A stretch of DNA of 64,000 nt from Mobula hypostoma (taxonomy: Eukaryota). Below the pieces are notes generated by a model. That model did not search any database. It was not told where the DNA came from and was given only the letters and a program-made list of their open reading frames with translations. The stretch lies in assembly GCF_963921235.1 (NCBI RefSeq), contig NC_086108.1, forward strand, positions 80,354,001 to 80,418,000. Reading direction: 5' to 3'. How positions within the stretch are numbered: the first letter of the stretch is position 1; every line of letters starts with the position of its first letter. A program made the position numbers and the translations under genes. Positions 54,188 to 64,000 of this stretch are shown here, one piece after another.

Positions 54188-55079
54188 AAGAGCCTTGCTT
54201 GTATTGTTGTATGCCCCTTTAACAGTTGGCTGCAGGGATGCCACATGGTAGGCTAAATGCTGGCAGATGTGAGAAAACACTTTAGCAAATGCTCTCTATA
54301 TGTACAGGCTCATCTGTGTACATGTGCCTAACACACACAAATAGACTGGCATGCAAATCTCACAAAACGTAAGGTGTGGTAAAAATATAACTATGTAACT
54401 CACGATAATACAGAGCATCACTGGTCTTAATTAATTCTGAAATGCATATATATTTGCATAGACTTTGCTGGTCTACGATAGAGAAAGAATGATGCATTAG
54501 TTCAGATTTTCATTCAATAAATGTACCGTAAAAAATTCTATTTCTTAATCTATCTTTACATGCTGAACAGGCACAAGTTTTATTTCTGGTATTCCTGCTT
54601 CATATTCATTAAGAAAGAGAGGGCTGATTGGCTCAATTTGGTAGCAGCTCCAGATGCACATTGCAATTAGTCAACAACGACGCCCACTAGTTCTGCTAGG
54701 AGGAATGTTCCAGCAAATACAACAGAATCAGCCTTTGAAACCATACAAGAAAGTCCCTATTACTTTCTCACTAAATCAACTTGCATTTAGAAATGTGAAA
54801 AGAAAGTATTGGAAGAATATGACAATACTGCCGTCTGCAGGACATTGCAAGACTGCTGTGTGGAATAAGTACCTTAGGAACAGGAGTGAGCCATTTCACC
54901 TTATGCACTTAAATGGTCGCTGATCAGTACCTCAATTACACTTACCTAGGCATTTCAAATCCTCTTGAAATCTCCATGTATCTGAAGTCTATTGTTAGTC
55001 AACTAAAACTTTACATTGGTCCTGTAACTCCAGCTTTTTGGGAAAATGTTCTAGATATCAAATATCTTACACATCGTCC

Positions 55080-56182
55080 TTACACATCTGGGGAAGAGGG
55101 ATGCTTATGTGAGAATGCTGTTCTTAGAGTACAGTTCAGCATTCAACACCATAATTCCCTTCAGCCTTGGCAGGAAGCTCAGAGACCTCGGCCTTCACTC
55201 TGCCTTATGTAGCTGGATCCTGGACTTCCTGTCAGATCGCCGGCAGATGGTAAGAGTGGGCTCCCTCACCTCTGACCCTCAACACAGGAGTCCCTCAGAG
55301 CTGTGTACTTAGTCCCCTCCTTTATTCTCTGTATACCCATGACTGTGTCACCACCCACAGCTCCAATCTGCTAATTAAATTTGCTGACGACACTACACTG
55401 ATTTGCCTAATCTCAAATAATAATGAGGCAGCCTACAGGGAAGTCATCACCCTGACATAGTGGTATCAAGAAAACAACCTATCCTTCAATGTCACAAAAA
55501 CAAAGGAGCTGGTTGTGGACTACAGGAGGAATGGAGACAGGCCCTATTAACATCAATGGATCTGGGGTTGAGAGGGTGAACAGCTTTAAGTTCCTTGGCA
55601 TAAACATCACCGAGGATCTCATGTGGTCTATACATATGGGCTGTGTCGTGAAAAAGGCACAACAGCACTTCTTTCACCTCACATGGTTGAAGAAGTTTGG
55701 CTTGAACCCCCAAATTTTAAGAACTTTCTACAGGGGCACAATTGAGAGCATCCTGACTGGCTGAATCACTGCCTGGTATGGGAACTGTACTTCCCTCAAT
55801 CGCAGGACACTGACGGACAGCCCAGTGCATCTGTAGATGTGAACTTCCCACTATTCAGGATATTTACTAAGACTAGTGTGTAAAAGGGGCCCAAAGGATC
55901 ATTGGAGACCCGAGTCACCCCACCACAAACTGTTCCAGCTGCTACCATCTGGAAACAATACTGCAGCATAAAAACCGGGACCAACAGCTTCTTCCGCCAG
56001 GCCATCAGACTGCTTAATCCATGCTGACGCAACTGTATCTCTGTGTTATATTGGCTATCCTGTTGTACATAATATTTATTATAAATTACTATAATTGCAC
56101 ATTGCATATTTAGACGGAGATGTATCGTTAAGATTTTTACTCCTCATGTACGTGAAGGCTGTAATAAAGTCAATTCAATTCA
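55080..56182 (+). mobile_element. Rex1/Babar LINE 3' fragment
   Basis: [42 protein letters not shown] and (CAATT)n tail. Confidence 0.88.
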
Positions 56183-56646
56183 GTATCTGTTTACATTTCC
56201 TCACTAAATGAGTGAGAACTACTGTTCTGGTTAAATACCGTTGTTCTAGATTCCCCATTAGAGGAGAGCAGGGACCTGCACAATGGAGCAAGCAAGGATA
56301 TATTGATCTCTCAACTTAAAATAATGTGAGATATGGATGATGGCACTTTCATTCCTCCTCTGTGCATCCCTTCCACAGTGTTCAAGATATGTATGCAAGA
56401 TCCTCCAAACAGGTTCATATTTAAAATTCTACACCTGTTCCTGAAAGAGATAAATATTCTGTATTAATATATATTGAATCCCAATATCATTTATATTGCA
56501 ACCTTACATTCAAATGTTGAACATAAATACCTGTTCTTACCATTAATCAAAGTTTAAATTTCAAAGTAAGTTTATTACTAAGATCCATATATGTTACCAT
56601 ATACACCCCTGAGAGTCATTTTCTTGTGGGTATTCACAGTAAATAT

Positions 56647-59406
56647 AAACATAGAAACATAGAAAATAGGTGCAGGAGTAGGCCATTCGGCCCTTCGAGC
56701 CTGCACCGCCATTTATTATGATCATGGCTGATCATCCAACTCAGAACCCAGCCTTCCCTCCATACCCCCTGACCCCTGTAGCCACAAGGGCCATATCTAA
56801 CTTCCTTTTAAACATAGCTAATGAACTGGCCTCAACAGTTTGCTGTGGCAGAGAATTCCACAGATTCACCACTCTCTGTGTGAAGAAGTTTTTCTTAACC
56901 TCGGTCCTAAAAGGCTTCCCCTCTATCCTCAAACTGTGACCCCTCGTTCTAGACCTCCCCAACATCGGGAACAATCTTCCCGCATCTAGCCTGTCCAATC
57001 CCTTTAGGATCTTATACGTTTCAATCAGATCCCCCCTCAATCTTCTAAATTCCAACGAGTACAAGCCCAGTTCATCCAGTCTTTCTTCATATGAAAGACC
57101 TGCCATCCCAGGAATCAATCTGGTGAACCTTCTTTGTACTCCCTCTATGGCAAAGATGTCTTTCCTCAGATTAGGGGACCAAAACTGCACACAATACTCC
57201 AGGTGTGGTCTCACCAAGGCCTTGTACAACTGCAGTAGTACCTCCCTGCTCCTGTACTCGAATCCTCTCGCTATAAATGCCAGCATACCGTTCGCCTTTT
57301 TCACCGCCTGCTGTACCTGCATGCCCACTTTCAATGACTGGTGTATAATGACACCCAGGTCTCGTTGCACCTCCCCTTTTCCTAATCGGCCACCATTCAG
57401 ATAATAATCTGTTTTCCTATTTTTGCCACCAAAGTGGATAACTTCACATTTATCCACATTAAATTGCATCTGCCATGAGTTTGCCCACTCACCCAACCTA
57501 TCCAAGTCACCCTGCATCCTCTTAGCATCCTCCTCACTGCTAACACTGCCACCCAGCTTCGTGTCATCCGCAAACTTGGAGATGCTGCATTTAATTCCCT
57601 CATCCAAGTCATTAATATATATTGTAAACAACTGGGGTCCCAGCACTGAGCCTTGCGGTACCCCACTAGTCACCGCCTGCCATTCTGAAAAGGTCCCGTT
57701 TATTCCCACTCTTTGCTTCCTGTCTGCTAAACAATTCTCCACCCACACCAATACCTTACCCCCAATACCGTGTGCTTTAAGTTTGCACACTAATCTCCTA
57801 TGTGGGACCTTGTCAAAAGCCTTTTGAAAATCCAAATATACCACATCCACTGGTTCTCCCCTATCCACTCTACTAGTTACATCCTCAAAAAATTCTATGA
57901 GATTCGTCAGACATGATTTTCCTTTCACAAATCCATGCTGACTTTGTCCGATCATTTCACCGCTTTCCAAATGTGCTGTTATCACATCCTTGATAACTGA
58001 CTCCAGCAGTTTCCCCACCACCGACGTTAGGCTAACCGGCCTATAATTCCCCGGTTTCTCTCTCCCTCCTTTTTTAAAAAGTGGGGTTACATTAGCCACC
58101 CTCCAATCCTCAGGAACTAGTCCAGAATCTAACGAGTTTTGAAAAATTATCACTAATGCATCCACTATTTCTTGGGCCACTTCCTTAAGCACTCTGGGAT
58201 GCAGACCATCTGGCCCTGGGGATTTATCTGCCTTCAATCCCTTCAATTTACCTAACACCACTTCCCTACTAACATGTATTTCGCTCAGTTCCTCCATCTC
58301 ACTGGACCCTCTGTCCCTTACTATTTCTGGAAGATTATTTATGTCCTCCTTAGTGAAGACAGAACCAAAGTAATTATTCAATTGGTCTGCCATGTCCTTG
58401 CTCCCCATAATCAATTCACCTGTTTCTGTTTGCAGGGGACCTACATTTGTCTTTATCAGTCTTTTCCTTTTTACATATCTATAAAAGCTTTTACAGTCCG
58501 TTTTTATGTTCTCTGCCAGTTTTCTCTCATAATCTTTTTTCCCCTTCCTAATTAAGCCCTTTGTCCTCCTCTGCTGAACTCTGAATTTCTCCCAGTCCTC
58601 AGGTGAGCCACTTTCTCTGGCTAATTTGTATGCTACTTCTTTGGAATTGATACTATCCCTAATTTCTCTTGTCAGCCACGGGTGCACTACCTTCCTTGAT
58701 TTATTCTTTTGCCAAACTGGGATGAACAATTGTTGTAGTTCATCCATGCAACCTTTAAATGCCTGCCATTGCATATCCACCGTCAATCCTTGAAGTGTCA
58801 TTTGCCAGTCTATCTTAGCTAATTCATGTCTCATACCTTCAAAGTTACCCCTCTTTAAGTTCAGAACCTTTGTTTCTGAATTAACTACGTCACTCTCCAT
58901 GTTAATGAAGAATTCCACCATATTATGGTCACTCTTACCCAAGGGGCCTCTCACGACAAGATCGCTAATTAACCCTTCCTCATTGCTCAAAACCCAGTCC
59001 AGAATAGCCTGCTCTCTAGTCGGTTCCTCGACATGTTGGTTCAAAAAACCATCCCGCATACATTCCAAGAAATCCTCTTCCTCAGCACCTTTACCAATTT
59101 GGTTCACCCAGTCTACATGTAGATTGAAGTCACCCATTATAACTGCTGTTCCTTTATTGCACACATTTCTAATTTCCTGTTTAATACCATCTCCGACCTC
59201 ACTACTACTGTTAGGTGGCCTGTACACAACTCCCACCAGCGTCTTCTGCCCCTTAGTGTTACGCAGCTCTACCCATATCGATTCCACATCTTCCCGGCTT
59301 ATGTCCTTCCTTTCTATTGCGTTAATCTCTTTTTTAACCAGCAACGCCACCCCACCTCTCCTTCCTTCGTGTCTATCCCTCCTGAATATTGAATATCCCT
59401 GAACGT
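56647..59406 (-). mobile_element. Young CR1 LINE, copy C (5'-truncated; ORF2 uninterrupted from mid-endonuclease to the stop codon)
   Basis: ORF 56741..59485, whose first ~27 aa come from flanking DNA. APE and RT motifs intact. (AAACATAG)n tail. Confidence 0.96.
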
Positions 59407-59547
59407 GAATAAAGAAAGACAATAGAATCAATGAAAAACCACATCCGACAAGACGGCCAAACAAATAAGGCGCAAATGACAACAAGCTGTGCCAATACGA
59501 AGAAAAGATAATAATAATAAAATTATTATTATAATTTTTATTTGAAT

Positions 59548-59647
59548 GTCAGAGTTGGAGACCTCTTCCCAGAAACAGAGGGGTTCCTTGTGGCAAGAGA
59601 AGACCAGGTGGTTAACACAAAAAATTATCAAACATACATAATAAAAG
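59548..59647 (+). mobile_element. R4/Dong-clade non-LTR retrotransposon fragment
   Basis: Translates as VRVGDLFPETEGFLVAREDQVVNTKNYQTYIIK and lies next to a (TAA)n run. Confidence 0.6.
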
Positions 59648-60504
59648 TCGAACAGGTTCCTGAACCTGGTGGTATGGGACACAAGGCTTCTGTACCTCCT
59701 TCCCAATGGCAGCAGTGGGAAGAAAGCATGGCTTGGATGGTGGGTGTCCTTGATGATGGATGCTGCTTTCCTGCAACAGTGCTCCTTGTAGATGTGCTCA
59801 ATGGTGAGGAGGGTTTTACCCATGATGGACCAGGCTGTATCCTCTACTTTTTGTAGGTTTTTCTGTTCAAGAGCTGGTGTTTCCGTACCAGGCCATGATA
59901 CTCTCCACTGCACATCTACAGAAGTTTGTCACAGTTATAGATAACATGCCGAATCTTCACAAACCTTTAAGAAAGTACAGGCAATGCCATGTTTTCTTTG
60001 TAATGGCAATTGGGTGCAGGACCCAGGACAGATCCTCTGAAATGATCATCCCCTTTCAGCTGAACATTAACATTATTCCAAATGAAACTTCACCAACAAT
60101 CTGTGACAAAACATCATAAAATGTTGTATCATCAATGTGCAGTCGATTCTTGTAGGCTATAGAGATGAATGACTTGAAAGCCACAATCAAGCCCATATAT
60201 TCACATTTTTAAAAATCTAGCTTACGTTCAAATTTTCTGGTCATTTACAAAATTAGTTGCTTCGAATAAACTTAAGAAAATTATTAAAGGTCAAAGTTCA
60301 AAATAAAATAAATTGAAGATCAAAGTACTTTGATCTCAGGGGTGTCACCATATACAACCCTGAGATTCATTTTGTTGCAGGCATTCAACAGTAAAACAAA
60401 GGAATACAATAGAGTCATTGAATAAAACTACACAGAGACAAATACTGAGAAGTAACCTATGTGCGAAAGAAGACAAATTGTGCAAACTACAAAGAAACAA
60501 ATAA

Positions 60505-60548
60505 TAAACAAACAAACAAACAAACAAACAAACAAATAAATAAATAAT
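60505..60548. repeat. (AAAC)n/(AAAT)n microsatellite in a LINE 3'UTR fragment
   Basis: Directly visible tandem repeat. Confidence 0.9.
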
Positions 60549-60779
60549 ACTGAGAACATGAGTTCCAGAGACCTTGAAAGTGAGTTGATAGGTTGTGTTC
60601 AATTATATGCAACTTCGTGTTTTCCCAAATATTGAATAACTATTCTCTGAATTCAGTTGCAAATGTCTAAGGACTGTGCATATAACTCTTGATGCAGAAA
60701 AAAAACTAAGGCAGTTGAGTGGTGAATAATTCTAATCTCTGGCAGTGCAGTATTCAATGATGTGTGGATCATGTGGCAA

Positions 60780-61105
60780 GCCAGAGGCCTTTTCTTGGAC
60801 TGAAATGGCTAACATAAGGAGGCATAGTTTTAAGGTCCTTGGAAATAGATACACAGGGGATATCAAGAGTAAGGTTTTCACACAGAGAGTGGTGGGTGCG
60901 TGGAATGTACTGTCAGTGCCACTGGTAGAGGCGGATGCTATAGGGCTTTTAAGAGACTCTTAGATAGGTACATGGAGCTTAGATAAATAGAGGACTATGC
61001 GGTAGGGAAATTCTAGGCGGGTTCTAGTGTAGGTTACATGGTCGATACAACATTGTGGGCCGAAGGGCTTGTAATGTACTGTAGGTTTCTCTGTTCTATG
61101 CTTTA
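60780..61105 (+). mobile_element. CR1 3' end fragment
   Basis: RRHSFKVLG...FTQRVVGAWN. Confidence 0.8.
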
Positions 61106-61939
61106 TGATGTAAAGATGGTTAATTTTTGGAACATTCATTTGGAGGAAGTAGTTACGTTCTAAACAGTTTAGTGATGAGATACACCTTGGTTCCTATTTT
61201 TGTCGCAAGTGTGAATGGAGATCTTGAAATCGTTACCTAACAAAGTCCCCAATGCTCCTATTAGGTCATCGATGTGTGGTAAGCAGTTGTAAATGTACAC
61301 CAACCACTAGTTCCACAGCAACTGCTACCCCTCTTATCTGAAATCTCTGCTCATCCACCGCAGTTTCTTAATTGGGGGTATTCTAAGATAAAGAAAAATC
61401 TAGATTTGGGAGAATCCATATTCTGAATTCTTTTCAAATGAAATGCAACCTATGAATTATCAAATTTGCATAGAGAATGAAAAATCCATAAGGAGGAGCA
61501 AAATCTAGATGAATACTTGAATACACATTATTCGAACAACTAATAGCATTTGTTTAAAATGCAACATTTCAAGTACGAAAGGAGGTGATCTTAAATTGAA
61601 GAAAGTTCTATTTTTAAACAAAATACACCTTTATGTAACTTCAATAACCATTTAAAATTAATTGTTTCAGTAAATGACACCAGCTAATATCAATCTTTGT
61701 GTCCAAGATTCTTTTTTATGATCTCACAAATGCAGCAGAAAGACATAACAAAGGGCAGCATCCCCTAATGACAATTGAAATTCTGCACTGTTTCATTGGT
61801 CTGTTATAATTCCACAGTTAACATCCACTACTTACTAACCTTCATTACAAATGAAAACCTGTTTCCATTTTTAGTTTCTATTGCTGCTTTGGTTTCATTG
61901 GTAAACCTTCTGGATGACAAGTTCTAAAAGTTCCTCAAA

Positions 61940-63436
61940 GGGGCCCTGGCAGAAATATTTAAAATGTCGCTGTCTACAGGTGAGGTGCCGGAGGACTGGA
62001 GAGTGGCTCATGTTGTTCCGTTGTTTAAAAAAGGATCGAAAAATAATCCGGGAAATTATAGGCCAGTAGGTTTAACGTCGGTAGTAGGTAAGTTATTGGA
62101 GGGAGTACTAAGAGACAGAATCTACAAGCATTTGGATAGACTGGGACTTATTAGGGAGAGTCAACATGGCTTTGTGCATGGTAGGTCATGTTTGACCAAT
62201 CTGTTGGAGTTTTACGAGGAGGTTACCAGGAAAGTGGATGAAGGGAAGGCAGTGGATATTGTCTACATGGACTTCAGTAAGGCCTTTGACAAGGTCCCGC
62301 GTGGGAGGTTAGTTAGGAAAATTCAGTCGCTAGGTATACATGGAGAGGTGGTAAATTGGATTAGACATTGGCTCAATGGAAGAAGCCAGAGAGTGGTGGT
62401 AGAGAATTGCTTCTCTGAGTGGAGGCCTGTGACTAGTGGTGTGCCACAGGGATCAGTGCTGGGTCCATTGTTATTTGTCATCTATATCAATGATCTGGAT
62501 GATAATGTGGTAAATTGGATCAACAAGTTTGCTGACGATACAAAGATTGGAGGTGTAGTAGACAGTGAGGAAGGTTTTCAGAGCCTGCAGAGGGACTTGA
62601 ACCAGCTGGAAAAATGGGCTGAAAAATGGCAGATGGAGTTTAATACAGACAAGTGTGAGGTATTGCACGTTGGAAGGACAAACCAAGGTAGAACATACAG
62701 GGTTAATGGTAAGGCACTGAGGAGTGCAGTGGAACAGAGGGATCTGGGAATACAGATACAAAATTCCCTAAAAGTGGCGTCACAGGTAGATAGGGTCGTA
62801 AAGAGAGCTTTTGGTACATTGGCCTTTATTAATCAAAGTATTGAGTATAAGAACTGGAATGTTATGATGAGGTTGTATAAGGCATTGGTGAGGCCAAATC
62901 TGGAATATTGTGTTCAGTTTTGGTCACCAAATTACAGGAAGGATATAAATAAGGTTGAAAGAGTGCAGAGAAGGATGTTGCCGGGACTTGAGAAACTCAG
63001 TTACAGAGAAAGGTTGAATAGGTTGGGACTTTATTCCCTGGAGCGTAGAAGAATGAGGGGAGATTTGATAGAGGTATATAAAATTATGATGGGTATAGAT
63101 AGAGTGAATGCAAGCAGGCTTTTTCCACTGAGGCAAGGGGAGAAAAAAACCAGACGACATGGGTTTAGGGTGAGGGGGGAAAAGTTTAAAGGGAACAATA
63201 GGGGGGGCTTCTTCACACAGAGAGTGGTGGGAGTATGGAAGGAGCTGCCAGACGAGGTGGTAAATGCGGGTTCTTTTTTAACATTTAAGAATAGATTGGA
63301 CAGATACATGGATGGGAGGTGTATGGAGGGATATGGTCCGTGTGCAGGTCAGTGGGACTAGGCAGAAAATGGTTCGGCACAGCCAAGAAGGGCCAAAAGG
63401 CCTGTTTCTGTGCTGTAGTTTCTATGGTTTCTATGG
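61940..63436 (+). mobile_element. Young 5'-truncated CR1 of a second family (open RT frame)
   Basis: ORF 61964..63361 with DFSKAFDKV, GVPQGSVLGP and FADD. (TTTCTATGG)n tail. Confidence 0.95.
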
Positions 63437-64000
63437 TGTGGTAAGTTAACTTTCTGCACCTTCCTGAGAATCAAAATACATTGAGATAGCATGTTTATCA
63501 TTATGCTATCTCAAGAGGAAACCTTCAGGAAATTTTAATACTACAGAAAGCAATGTGTAATTTGAAGTCATATTGAGTTTCTGCTGCAATATTTACGAGG
63601 TATGCAAAAGTGGGAGCACCTGATTAAAATTCCATCCCTAACTCATAACATAACATACATAATGTTATGTAGACTTTAAAAGGCACTACAAGTTTGCTCA
63701 CTAAATCACATTGTAAACATTAAATAAAATTGTACTATTGATTTGGGATTTGAGTAGTTCTTTCATTAACTGTTTTAAACTCTTTGCTGTTGCAAAATAG
63801 CCTTGAGGATCAAGAGAAAACATTGAACGAATAGCATTACTTTCTGATGTTATATTAAGGGAAAAGGACCAAGTCAAAATAGATAACAGCAAATGGCTAT
63901 TGTTAGCTCAGTTGGACAACCACTATAGAATAAGTTTAGAGAGGTCACCATTTGTGAAGCCAAGCCATGAAAATAATCCTTGAGGGCTCTGTTTGATTCT

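Larger units (their letters stand above)
56545..60050 (-). mobile_element. Rex1/Babar-type LINE 3' region hosting CR1 copy C and an R4-like fragment
   Basis: TCAAAGT tail at ~56548; 3'UTR resumes at 59410; RKAASIIKDTHHPSHAFF...HTTRFRN at ~59660-59880. Confidence 0.7.

Noticed and set aside
59407..59485. Hydrophobic N-terminus (signal-peptide-like) on the 914-aa ORF
   Set aside because: It is chance read-through from flanking Rex1 3'UTR with a non-ATG start, not evidence of a fusion gene.
1..64000. CRISPR array or prokaryotic operon/defence system
   Set aside because: No regularly spaced repeats and no gene-dense architecture; the sequence is vertebrate repeat-rich DNA.

Overview
Eukaryotic, repeat-dense, AT-rich DNA with no host protein-coding gene that I can support. 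The repeat set is CR1 LINEs with (TTTCTATG)n-type tails, V-type and tRNA SINEs, Penelope pseudo-LTR fragments carrying hammerhead cores, Rex1/Babar LINEs, hAT, Tc1 and Tigger-like elements. This set points to a cartilaginous fish, probably a ray (inference from repeat recognition only). All long ORFs are CR1 ORF2 (APE endonuclease/RT); the other short ORFs are antisense or chance frames. Points of interest: three near-identical young CR1 copies; several multi-level nested insertions with readable TSDs; very small TSD-flanked inserts made of a Penelope hammerhead/pLTR module; a ~360-bp foldback palindrome; a non-coding retroposon with a possible HDV-like ribozyme fold that shares a core with a tRNA-SINE; a CR1 derivative with only its 5' and 3' ends; and an R4/Dong-like fragment at a (TAA)n run. 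I found no clear evidence of a new host biological system. The best novelty candidates are the small ribozyme-associated retroelements.
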